From NCBI RefSeq assembly GCF_009914755.1, contig NC_060941.1: DNA of 64,000 nucleotides; one strand, written 5' to 3'. The notes below the pieces were generated by a model that searched no databases, had not been told where the DNA came from, and saw nothing but the letters and a program-made list of their open reading frames with translations. Position numbers and translations under genes: made by a program. Below are positions 28,701 to 42,123 of the stretch, one piece after another. How positions within the stretch are numbered: position 1 is the stretch's first letter; every line of letters begins with the position of its first letter. Source of the stretch: the human T2T-CHM13v2.0 reference genome, Homo sapiens.

Positions 28701-30157
28701 CCAAAAAAAGCTCAAATAGCTAAAGCAATCATAAGCAAAAAGAACAAAGCTGGAGCCATCACATTAACTGACTTCAAATTACAATAGAAGGCTATAATAA
28801 CCAAAATAGCATGGTACCAATACAAAAATAGACACATTTGTCAATCGAACAGAAGACCCAGAAATAAATACATGCACCTACAGCCCACTGATCTTCGACA
28901 AAGTCAACAAAAATGAACAATGGGAAAAGGATGCCTTATTCAATAAATAGTGCTGAGAAAAATGTCTAGCTATATGCGTAAGAATGAAACTAGATCCCTA
29001 CATTTTACTACATACAAAAATTAAATCAAGATGGATTAAAAACTAAAATATGAAACCTCAAACTATTAAAATCCTAGAGGAAAACCTACTGAATACCATT
29101 CTTGACATCAGCTTTGGTAAATAATTTTTTCTAAGTTTCCAAAAACAATTGCAACAAAAATAAAAATTAGTAAGTGGGATCTAGTTAAACTAAACAGCTT
29201 CTGCACAGCAAAAAAAAAAAAAAAAAAAAAAAACCAATGGGGTAAATAGACAATCTACAGAATGGGAGAAAATATTTGCAAACTATGCATCCAACAAAGG
29301 TCTACTAATATCCAGAATCTATAGGAAACAAACAACTCAACAAACAAAAAACTTAAGAAGACATACATCCAGGCAACAAATATTTGGAAAGATGTTCAAC
29401 ATCAGTAACCATTAGATTTTATAATAAAAACCACAATGAGATACCATCTCAAACTAGTCAGAATAGCTATTATTTAAAAAGTTAAAAAAAGAACAAGTTG
29501 ATGAAGATGCAGAAGAAAGGGAATCACTGTATATTGTTGGTGACAATGTAGATTAGATCAGTCCCTATGAAAAACAATATGGAGATTTCTCAAAGTAATA
29601 AAACTACCATTCGACTAGCAATCCCACTACTGCGTATCTACTCAAAGGAAAAGATACTGTTTTAGCAAAAAGACACCTGCACTCATATTTTATCTCAGCA
29701 CTATTCAAAATAGCAAAGTCCCATGGAATCAAAATAATTGCCCACCAGTGTTTGACTGGATAAAGAAAATATGGTAAATATTCACCATGGAATATTACAC
29801 TGCCATTAAAGAATAAAATCATGTTTTTGTTTTTGCAGTAACATGAATGTAGCTAGAGGCCATTATGCTAAGTGAAATAACTCAGATATAGATCAAATAC
29901 TAAATGTTCTCACTTACAAATAGGAGCTAAATAATGGGTACACATGGATACAAGGATGAAAATACTGAGGACTCCAAAAGTGGAGAGGACAGGAGGGTGC
30001 AAGGGTTGAAAAAAACTACCTTTTGGGTAAAATTTTCACTATTTGGGAGATGCATTCAGTAGAAACCCAAACCTCAGCATTACACATTACATCCATGTAA
30101 CAAACCTGCACATGTCCCCTCTGAATCTAAAATAAACTAAAATAGATAATAAAATAC
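25776..30157 (+). mobile_element. L1PB (PB3/4-like) with near-complete but disrupted ORF2 and most of 5'UTR/ORF1 deleted
   Basis: 5' caagatggctaact; ORF fragments HTIIVGNFNTLL, FLETYNLPRLKQE, RQVCPLSPILFNIVLEV; L1PB-type 3'UTR; TSD aaca(c/t)atagaaaaa at 25761 and 30158. Confidence 0.92.
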
Positions 30158-30409
30158 AACATATAGAAAAATATTATGAAAAATAGTCAACAACCAGAAG
30201 ATGATTTTAGTCTGCACAATATTAAAATAATGAAATAAAACTCCAAGTTGTTCCTAAAACACGTCAAGAGATAAATCAATTCTTTAAAATGGAACAAGAT
30301 ATTAAAAAACAAAATATACAAATAATTTTAAAAGAGGTAGATAAGAAAAAATGTATCACAAGTGTTATAAATTAAAATATATATCTATTTAAAATGTAAA
30401 TCACTTGTT

Positions 30410-31298
<889 letters not shown>

Positions 31299-31309
31299 AA
31301 TATGTACCC

Positions 31310-31720
31310 TTTTTAAAAATTAATAGACTTAATCTTTTAGAGCAGCTTTAGGTTTACAGAAAAATTAATCAGAAAGTACAAAGTTCCCACATACTATTCA
31401 TACTCTCCCCTAAGCACACAGTTTCCATATTATTAGTGTTTTGTATTAATGTGGTATATTTGTTACAACTGATGAACCAATGTTGGTACATTATTCTTAA
31501 CTAAAATCTATAGTTTACATTAAGGTTCACGTTTTGTATTGTACATTCTATGGGTTTTAACAAATATACCAAACATGTATCCACCATTATAGTGTCATAT
31601 GGAATAGATGCACTGTGCAATAAAAATCCACTGCTCCGCCATTTGTCCCTCTCTTCTCCCCCATGATTTCTTAACAAGTAGTGACCATTCTTCTATCCTC
31701 ACAGTTTTACCTTTTTCATA
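31310..31720 (-). mobile_element. L1MC/MD 3' end
   Basis: tttagagcagctttaggtttacagaaaaatt...tttgttacaactgatgaaccaat...ctatagtttacattaaggttcac. Confidence 0.85.
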
Positions 31721-31837
31721 CATTGTTTTTACATAAATCCTTTCTCAGGCTCTGCTTTGGGGATAACGTAAACTAAGTGTATGTGTTAAAAAAAAATATT
31801 GGAGAAGAAGATAACTAATTAGTTGCTGGGATTTTAA

Positions 31838-34434
31838 ATTTTTTTCTGGATACATAGTAGGCGATATATATTGATCCGGTAAGTGAGATGTTTTAATACA
31901 GGCATGCAAAGCATAATAAACACATCATGGAGAATAGGGTATTCATCCCCTCAAGCATTTATCCTCTGTGTTACAAACAATTCAATTATACTCTTAGTTA
32001 TTTCAAAATGCACAGTTAAATTATTGACTATAGCCACCCTGTTTTGCTATCAAATAGGTCTCATTTATTCTTTCTAACTATTTTTGGTACCCACTAACCA
32101 TCCTCATCTCCTCTCAACCCCAACCCCCAACTACCCTTCCCAGCCTCTGGTAACCATTCTTCTATTCTCCATGTCTATGAGTTCATTTGTTTTGATTTTT
32201 AGATTCCATAAATAAATGAGAACATACAATGTTTTTCAGTGCTTGGCTTATTTTACCTAACATAATGATCTCCAGTTCCATCTATGTTGTTGTAAATGAC
32301 AACAATGATGTCTTTTTTATTGGCTGAATAGTACTCGATTGTGTATATATAACACATTATGTTTATCCATTACTCTGCTGATGGACGGTTAGGTTGTTTC
32401 CAAATGTTGTCTAATGAGAACACTGCTGCAACCAACATGGGAGAACAGATATCCCTTCCACATACTCATTTCCTTTCTTTTGGGTACATGACTAGCAGTG
32501 AGATTGCTCTATCGTATGATAGCTGTATTTGTAGTTTTTAGGGAATCTCCAAACTGTTCTCCACCGTGGTTGTACTCACGTACATTCCCACAAACAGTGT
32601 ACACGTATTCCCTTTTCTCCACATTCTTTTAAGCATTTGTTATTGCCTGTCTTTTGGAAATAAGCCATTTTATTGGCTTTATTGGGGTGAGATGATAGGT
32701 CATTGTAGTTTTGATTTGCGTTCTCTGATGATCAGTGATGTTGAGCACCTTTTCATATGCCTGTTTGCCATTTGCATGCCTTCATTTAGGAAATATCTAT
32801 TCAAATCTTTTTCCCATTTTTTCAAATCATTTCTTATTCACATCTTTGCCCAAAAGCTAATAATTGGATTATTAGGATTTTTTTTCTATGGGATTATTTG
32901 AGCTCCTTATATATTCCAGTTATTAATCCCTTGTGCAAAGACTCAGAATAACCAAAGCGATCCTAAATAAAAAGAAGAAAACTGTTCTTCACAGTTTTTA
33001 AAATAACCTCCAAACCGTTCTCCATAGTGGTTGTATTAATTTGCCTTTCCATCAACAGTGTATGAGGATTCCCTTTTCTCCAGATCCTCTCCAGCATTTG
33101 CTATTGCCTGTCTTTTGGAAATAAGCCATTATAACTGAGGTAAGATGATACCTCATTGTAGTTCTGATTTGCATTTCTCTGAGGGTCATTTCTCTGATGA
33201 TGATAACTATCCTTGTCACAAATATAGTTAGCAAATATTTTCTCCCATTCTTCATTAAGTCCCAGGGGATTTTCAGTCAGCTTGTGGTGAATGCTACCTT
33301 GCCTGGGACTCACCCTTCAGAGCAATGGGCTCCTATCCCGCCCAGCACAGGTCTACAAAGGCCATCCAAAAATCAAGTCCTGGAATCAGGGACACCAAGT
33401 GCCTGCTCGGTGCTCTAACCACTTCCACCCCCTTGGCCAAGCTGGTACCTGAAACCATCAAGTCTCAGGATTTCGCCTAAGGTCCTCAGCATAGTACCTG
33501 GCACTGGTTATTCAGGGACTGGGGACTCTTCAGTTAGCAGGTGATGAATCCTGCCAAAACTAATTTCTTCCCTTCAAGGCAATGGGTTCCCTTCTGGACC
33601 AGGGAGTGTCTACATATGTCCGTGAGCTAGAGCCTGGAAAGTGGCCTTACAACTCTGACCTGTGCCCTATCCTTCTGTGACTTAGTGGTATCCAAAATGC
33701 AAGACAAAGTCCTCCTTACTCTTCCTGCAACTGCAAGCTGTGCAATCTAGGGTTAGGGGAGTCTCTTCTGCAACTGCAAGCTCTGCAATCTAGGGTTAGG
33801 GGAGGGGTGATACGATCACTCCCTTAGCCACCCCAGCTGGTGTCTCAGTAGGTCAGGTGTCCCCCAATCCACTGTCTCCAAACCTAGTTCAATAGTAAAC
33901 ACTAGGACTCCCCTAGGATTTGCATGTCTTGTGGCCTAGACCATCTTTTGAGTTTATTTAGAGCCCCAGCATACTTTACCCCACAGTGGTGAGGTTTGCC
34001 AAAACTCAAGTTCCGACCTCTGGAATCAGCAATTCCCCACTGACTGGGGCTGGTCTAAACACTCCTTCTGTAGATGAGTGTCAGCTGGGTGTGATCCAGT
34101 TTTCCTTTCTACTCTAACAGGATAACACTGAGTTCAATGCCTCACAGTTACTGAGCTCTCCCATCCCCAGCAACAGAAATGCTCTCCTCACCATGCCTCT
34201 GCTTTCAGGGGGTGGGGGAGGGTGGTGTTGGTAATTCAAGAGTATTTTTTCTACCTATTCATTGCATCTTTCAGAAATACAAAGTTAAAGCCAGATACTA
34301 TTTGTGCTCACCGAATTTTTGGTTCTTATGAATATAATTTTCTTGTGTGTAGATAGTTGTTAAATTGATATCCTTGTTGGGGAGGGGTATGATTCGTAGA
34401 GCCTTCTATTTTGCCATCTTGCTTCACTCTTCCC
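31838..34434 (-). mobile_element. L1MA2/3-like element with 5'UTR joined to ORF2 3' end (ORF1 and most of ORF2 missing)
   Basis: 3' end at 31838 (catagtagg...atcccctcaagcatttatcc); 5' end gccttctattttgccatcttgc near 34420; possible TSD ta(a/c)ctaatta(g/c)tt. Confidence 0.85.
33719..33804. repeat. About 43-bp tandem duplication inside the L1 5'UTR
   Basis: ctgcaactgcaagct(g/c)tgcaatctagggttaggggag twice. Confidence 0.9.
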
Positions 34435-35040
34435 TACCTAATTACTTTTAAATAGCAAATCTAACACACAACTTTACTTAGTCTTCTTTCCAATGATCCC
34501 CCAAAAATGATTTGTATGTATGTCAAATAAGAAAGAAGAAAATGTCAACATTTTAGAAACCGTAAAACAGCAGGGACAGAGATAACTGACTTAGCAGTAG
34601 GGAAGCAGAAAAGTAACTAACTTAATTTGCAACACATGGCATCGGATATCACCTGAAAGAATACCTGAGAGATTTCCTGAAATTATTCTCTAAAGACTGT
34701 AAAACAAAAATCCCTAGATTGGGGCACAGCAGCTATAGTGGAAAGCAAGGGTATAATACTAAAACTGGGCAACTGAGTGAAAAGTAATATATCAATATTG
34801 GGAATTCCAGAATTTTTCTTTACTGGGCTTTTAGAATGCAGGCAAGCATGCTTACATTCCCTAGACAAAATACTGAAAGATAGCATAAGTGAGAGAATAT
34901 ATTAAACAGATAGGTTTGAAGATAATGTTGACAGAATCTCTCAGGATAGTAGACAAAGAGGCAAAGAGATGGGAAATAAGAGAAATGATGAGAACATTGG
35001 AAGTTTAGGCGAGGCAATATCTAATTAATTGTTTAGCAAG

Positions 35041-35402
35041 TGATATGGTTTGGCTGTGTCTCCACCCAAATCTCGTTTTGAATTGTAGTTCCCATAATCC
35101 CCACATGTCATGGAAGGTACCCAGTGGAAGGTAATTGAATCATAGGGTGGTTACGGTCTTGCTGTTTTCATGATAGTGAGTGCTCACAAGATCTCATGGT
35201 TTTATAAGGGTCTTTTCCCCCTTGGCTTGTCACTTATCCTTCCTGCTGCCATGAAAAGGACATGTTTGCTTCCCATCCTGCCGTGATTGTAAATTTCCTG
35301 AGGCCTCCCCAGCCATGCTGAATTGTGAGTCAACTAAACCTCTTTATATATTACCCAGTCTGGGGTATGTCTTTATTAGTATCGTGAAAACGAACTAATA
35401 CA
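35041..35402 (+). mobile_element. THE1 (C/D-like) MaLR solo LTR
   Basis: tgatatggtttggctgtgtc...cctgaggcctccccagccatg...gaactaataca; TSD g(c/t)aag. Confidence 0.95.
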
Positions 35403-36824
35403 GTAAGTCTCATGGACAAGTTGATGTCATTGGAACAGAGGTATATTCCCCAAATGAAATCATCTTAACTCACATACCAGTGGGTGAAAATATAAAATTA
35501 CTCATTTTGGCCTATACATTTTGGAAATCTTGTCACGTTACTTCAAAACCATAACTAATGTAATTGGTCCTGAATAAATTTTGGTTTTTATATTTGAATA
35601 TGATTGTTTCTGACAGTCTTGGAACCTGCTTCCACCAAACAGCTCACCCTGCTAGTATCCGTGGGTGTTGGCAAGCCGTCAGGTTTACCTGTAATGCCCT
35701 GCCCTACTGAACTCCTCCCAGAATCTTTTGCCTTAATGAGAATAGACTGCTCTCTCAGCCTAACATAAGGGTTCTACTCTCTACAGCTAGGAAATGAATG
35801 AAGTTTTTTGTTTGTTTGCTTTGTTTTTACAGATTTTCTCTTTTTGCAAATAGGAGAGCAAGTTAAGAGGCCAACAGAAGAAGTGTTGAGAACACTAGAT
35901 CTCAACAAGGCCAATAGTTTAGGTGTTAATGATTTATACCTATTGCAGTGATTACCTCGATGCCAATAAAGTCATTGTGTTAGTTTGTACATCTGCTGGC
36001 TTTTCCCCTGTGCCACCACTGCTCGCTAAATACAGTTGCACAATTAGAGTTGACCCTGTCTATAACTGAGTCAAAATGATTTAAGTCAGTAAGGATTTTA
36101 TGAGGGTTCTTTCCAACGGGATGTAGAAATACGGAAATAGAAGTCTTCTACCTTAGATTTCAGGATTAAATCACTTTTATAAGGAAAAACATCAGTTATT
36201 TCCAATATAACGAAGAGGAAGATTCTTAATTCAATCTATGCCTATGTTAGTCTTCCCAGAAACTCCTTTCTAGATCTTTGCTCCCTGAACATCTGAGGGC
36301 TAGAGCTATATAAAACTCTTTGATAAAGCAGTGATGGAGTTTCTACTGCTATATTAAGTGAATCGTTCTTAATTTTTAGTCTTTCATTCCTTTTTTATTG
36401 TCTCTAGCGAACATTGGAGACCAACAGCTATCTGAACACTTGATACCATGCTCCAATCTCTTTGATCTCATTATCTCTTACTTTTGAGTCTTGATTCAGA
36501 AAAATAAATTTATGTTCTCTGCTCCCTATTTTTCAGTTTCAGCTATCTCTGCCTCCCCAGTTCTGGCCTACCATCAATTTTAAACAAAGTAAATACGACT
36601 CACACACACATAAACACACACAAACACACCATGGGTGACCAAGAGTCTTTGTTAGCCTGAGATAGAGAAGTTTCCCTAAACCTGAACATTTAATGTTAAC
36701 ACTAGAAAAGCCCCAGGGAACCTAATACATAGTGGTCTTCCTATGTACATTTTCAACTAACCTTGTGTTGGTTGACCATGTTTTATGATGATTGCATACT
36801 TAATGATTTATGTATAACTTAATC

Positions 36825-37480
36825 ATAACTGAGCACTGACTGTGTCATTTATAAACTGTATTATATACTGGGAGGTTTGGGATGAACAAATAAAATTCTG
36901 TCTTCAAAGTTCTAGAAAAAGTACACTTATATCTATAGCTCATGGTCTAGGTAAAATATATGATAATTTATATTAGAAAATATTTAAATATTCTAAAGAT
37001 TTATCAGATGAAACATTGTATGTAGTTGCAGAAATTCATAGAAGATTTCACGAACATCTAACAGATAACTGAGCTTTACATGCAAGTAGGAAGGAAGGGT
37101 TTATGAAATCTGGAAGAGATGTCTGGAATGCAGCTGCGAATATGAAGGCGATAGATATCATTATATTGTACCTATACAGCTGATATCTCAGGCAGAGGCT
37201 ATTGCTAAACAAAGAAAGAAAAAGAGGAAAGGTTAAGAAAAGAAGCTTTGGAGCACTGAGTTTGGATGGAAAGAGATGAAGAAAATACTAGAAGTCAAGA
37301 CAGGGAGAGAAAAAAGCCAGAGCCATGTAAAGGTAACTCAAGAGAGCAATGTTACAAAAGTCAAAGGATGATGTGCACCTAGAAGGGGCACGCTATTCTG
37401 ACAGAAACTCAGGAAATGTTGGGTTTCTGAACAATGAGGACATTCAACTGGAATTGATAATAAAGAATTATATATGTCTG
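36825..37480 (-). mobile_element. Decayed L2 fragment
   Basis: actgagcactgactgtgtca followed by purine-rich antisense L2-like text. Confidence 0.45.
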
Positions 37481-39965
37481 CATATAAAGGCTTCCCTCAT
37501 TTTACATTGATAATCTGCTTCTCAAAATCAGAACTTCTCTATGAAGGCACTTAACAGGAACTTCTATCCCATAATTTTAAATATGAAAGAACATAATGTT
37601 TAAACAAACAAAACACTTAACAAGTTCTTTAAATGTAACTAAAACACAGTAAAACACACGGATGTGTATATGCATATGTGTGTGTATTGGATACAAAATA
37701 TAGCATATTATATTGAAAATATTATATCTTAATCACTGAACAGTTAGTGTGATTGTTAACATAGATAACATTTTTTATATGTATAGTTTCTGCATTGTAT
37801 TGTCAATGTTGCATTTCTGCTGTGACAGGTTAAATAACAAATAACAAAAATGTGAGAAATGTGTTAGGATAAACAAAAGCAAAACTTTAATTTGGCAGCT
37901 TTTCATTGCAGTTGTCCTACATCACAAACTGCAGCCTCCACACATGCCACAGCAGCATGGGAAAGTACATAGGCGACACAAACAATTCACTGTCCGTCAA
38001 ATCCTATTGTCTCAAATGAGTCACAAGGCCTGCCAAACTGCAAGACAGCTAGGATATCTAGGGAAGCAAATGATTGAATTTTATTAATAAATGTTCCTTT
38101 GCAGAACCAGTATGTGCACGTATACATTTTTTCCCATAGATTTATGAGAGTGTGAACCAAATTGAAGATTTATTTAAGAAAAGTAACTTTATATTTATAT
38201 CTTTCTATATCCTTAAAATTTTTTTTTTCTTCCCAACTTTTATTTTAGGTTAAAGTGGTACATGTGCAGTTTTGTTACATGAGTAAATTGTGTGTCATGG
38301 GGGTTTGGCATACAGATTATTTTGTCATCCAGGTAGTAAACCTAGTACCTGTTAGGTTGTTTTTCAATCCTCATCCTCCTCCCACCCTCTACTCTCAAAT
38401 AAGCTTCCACTTACAAGTGAGAACATGTAGTATTTGGTTTTCTGTTCCTGCATTAATTCGCTTAGGATAATGGCCTCCAGCAACAGCCATGTTGCTACAA
38501 AGGGCATAATCTCATTATTTTATAGCTGCAGAGTATATAATATACGTACCACATAATATATAATATATGTACTATCTTTTCTTTATCCAGTCCACCATTG
38601 ATGGGCATCTAGATTAATTCCATTTCTTTGCTATTGTTAACACTCCCGTGATGAACACATATTTGCATGTGTCTTTATGGAGAACAATTTTGATTCCTTT
38701 GGGTATATACCCAATAATTGGATTGCTGGGTTGAATGGTAGTTGTGTATTAAGTTCATTAAGAAATCACCAAACTGCTTTCCACAGTGGCTGAACTAATT
38801 TACATTCCCACCAGCAGTGTATAAGCATTCCATTTTTCTCTGCAACCTCGCCAGCATCTGTTATTTTTTTGACTTTTTAATAATAACCATTCTGACTATT
38901 GTGAGATGGTGTCTCATTGTGGTCTTGATTTGCATTTCCCTAATGATCAGTGATATTGAACATTTTTTAATATGCTTCTGGCCACATGTATATCTTTTTT
39001 TGAGAAGTGTCCGTTCACATCCTTTGCCAATTTTTTAATGGGGTGATTCGATTTTCACTCATTGATTTTAGTTCTTTATGGATTCTGGATATTAGACATA
39101 GTTTGTATATATTTTCTCCCATTCTGTAGATTGTCTACCTGGTCTGTTCACAATTTCTTCCCCAGTGCAGAAGCACTTTAGTTTACTTAGTTTTCACTTG
39201 TTAATTTTTGTTTTTGTTGCAATTGCTTTCAGAATCTTTGTCTTGAATTGCTTGCCTGGGCCAATGTCCAGAGTGGTATTTCCTAGATATGCTTCTTTAG
39301 TTTTTATAGTTTTAGGCTTAATATTTAAGTCTTTAATCCATCTTGAGTTGATTTTTGTATATGGAGAAACATGTGGATCCAATTTTAATCTTATGTGTAT
39401 GATTAACCTGTTATCCCAGCAGTGTATATTGAACAGAATCTTTTTCCTATTGCTTGTTTTTGTCAGCTTTTTTAAAGATCGTATGATTAGAGGTGTGTCA
39501 CCTTACTTCTGGGTTCTCTAACCTATTCACTGGTCTATGTGTTTGTTTTTGGACCAGTACAATGTTGTTTTGGTTACTGTAGACTTGTACTATAGTTTGA
39601 AGTTGGATTGTATGATGCCTCCAGCTTTGTTCTTTTTGCTTAGAGTTACTCTGCTATTCAGACCCGTTTTTGGTTCCAAATGAATTTTAGATATTTTTTC
39701 TTATTCTGTGAAAAATATCATTGGTAGTTTGATACAAATAGCATTGAATGTGTAAATAGCTTTGGGCAGTGTACTATTTTAATAATATTGATTTTTCCTA
39801 TCCATGAGCATGAAATGCTTTTCCATTTGTTTGTGTCATCTCTGATTTCTTTTAGCAGTGTTTTGTAATTCTTGTTGCAGAGATCTTTCACCTCCCGAGT
39901 TAGCTGTATTTCTAGGTCCTTTATTCTTTTTGTGGCTATTGTGAATGAAATTGCATTATTATTAC

Positions 39966-40271
39966 TTTTTTTTTTCACAAGTTCTCTGTCTTTCACTCAG
40001 GCTGAGTGCGGTAGCATGATTATGGCTCACTGCAGCCTTGACCTCCTGGACTCAGGCAATCCTCCCACCTCAGGGTCCCAAGTCTCTCAAGTATCTGGGA
40101 CTACAGGTACACACCACCATGCCCAGCTAATGTTTAATTTCTTTCATATTCTCTGTGAGATGGAGTCTCACTATGTTGTCCAGGCTGGTCTCACATTCCT
40201 GGATACAGGCAATCCTCCGGCTTCGGCCTCCCAAAGTGCTGGGATTACAGACATGAGCCACCGTGACCATC
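39966..40271 (-). mobile_element. AluJ
   Basis: ggctcactgcagccttgacctcctggactcaggcaatcctcccacctcag; TSD about ttgcatt. Confidence 0.92.
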
Positions 40272-40960
40272 GGGGTTGCATTTTTAATTTGGATTTTAAC
40301 TTGGATGTTACTGATGCATTGAAATGTTACTGATTATTGTAAACTGACTTTGCATTCTGAAACTTTGCTGAAGTTGTTTATCTGATCCAAAAACCTTTGG
40401 GCAGAGACTATGAGGTTTTCTAGGTATAGTATCATATCATCTATAAAGAGATATAGTTTGACTTCCTTTCTTTCTATTTGGATGCCCTTTATTTATTTAT
40501 CTTTCCTGATTGCTCTGGCTAGGACTTCCAGTACTATGTTAAAGAGGAGTGGTGAGAGAAGGTATCTTGTATTGTTCTGCTTCTCAAGAAGAATATATCC
40601 AGCTTTTGCCCATTCAGTGTGATGTTGGCTGTGGGTTTGTTACAGATGGCTTTTATTATTTTAAGTTATCTACCTTCAATGCCTAGTTTCTTGAGAGATT
40701 TTAACATGAATGGATGTTGAATTTTATCAAAGCCTTTTCTGTGTCTATTGAGATGGTCATGTGGTTTTTGTTTAGTTCTGTTCATGTGATGAATCACATA
40801 GATTGATTGGCATATATTGAACCAACCTTGCACCAAAGGATAAAGCATACTTGATGATGCTGGATTAGCTTTTGGATGTGCAGCTAAATTTGTTTTGCTG
40901 ATATTTTGCTAAGGATTTTTGCACCTATGTTCATCATGAATATTGGTCTTAAGTTTTCTC

Positions 40961-42123
40961 TTTTTTTTTCCTTCTTTATTTCTGTAGGTTATTGGGGAAC
41001 AGATGGTGTTTGCTTACATGACTAAGTTCTTTAGTGGTGATTTCTGAGATTTTGGTGCACCCATCACCTGAACAGTATACACTGAAACCTATTTGTTGTC
41101 ATTAATCCCTCACCCCCTTCTCACCCTTTCCATTTGAGTCCCCAAAGTCCATTGTGACATTCTTACGCCTTTGCATCCTCATAGCTTAGCTCCCACTTGT
41201 AAGTGAGAACATACAGTGTTTGGTTTTCCATTCCTGAGTTACTTCACTTAGAATAATAGTCTCCAATCTCATCGAGGTTGCTGCAAATGCCATTAATTCA
41301 TTACTTTATATGCCTGAGTAGTAGTCCATCATATATATATGTGGTATATACATATATGGCATATATATGATGTATATATATGTGGTATATATATGGTATA
41401 TATATGTGGTATATATATGGTACATATATGTGGTATATATATGGTACATATATGGTACATCTCGTGTGTATATATATGGTATATATGATATGTATATGGT
41501 ATATATATGGTATTTATATATGGTATATATATGGTATTTATGTATGGTATATATATGGTATATATATTTTTTACAGTTTATCCACTCATTGATTGATGTG
41601 CATTTGGGTTGGTTCCACGTTTTTGCAATTGCAAATTGTGCTGCTTTAAACATGCGTGTGCAAGTATCTTTTTCATATAATGACTTCTTTTTCTCTGGAT
41701 AGATAGCCAGTAGTGGAATTGCTGGATAAAATGGTAGTTCTACTTTCAGTTCTTTAAGGAATCTCCACACTGTTTTCCATAGTGGTTGTACTAGTTTACA
41801 TTCCCACCAGCAGTGTAGAAGTGTTCCCTGTTCACCGCATCGACACCGACATTTATTGTTTTTGATTTTTTGATTATGACCATTCTTGCAGGAGTAAGGT
41901 GGTATCTCACTGTGGTTTTGTTTTGCATTTCCCTGATAATTAGTGATGTTGAGCATTTTTTCATATGCTTTGTTGGCCATTTGTAGAGCTTCTTTTGAGA
42001 ATTGTCTATTCATGTACTCAGCCTAGTTTTTGATGTGATTGTTTATTTTTTTCTTATTGATTTGTTTGAGTTTATTGTAGATTCTGGATATTAGTCCTTT
42101 GTCAGATGTATAGATTGTGAAGA
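40961..42123 (-). mobile_element. L1PB1-like 3' fragment
   Basis: taagttctttagtggtgatttctgagattttggtgcacccatcacc...gcctttgcatcctcatagcttagctcccact. Confidence 0.92.
41331..41566. repeat. Complex (TATATATGG)n-like AT-rich tandem repeat
   Basis: Repeated tatatatatgg and tatatatgtgg units. Confidence 0.95.

Noticed and set aside
33748-33808. Telomere-like tagggttagggg motifs
   Set aside because: Part of a duplicated L1 5'UTR segment; too few repeats for an interstitial telomere
41306-42013. Longest ORF (235 aa) and two overlapping Y/I/W-rich ORFs
   Set aside because: L1 ORF2 C-terminal remnant read into a TA-rich repeat; not a gene
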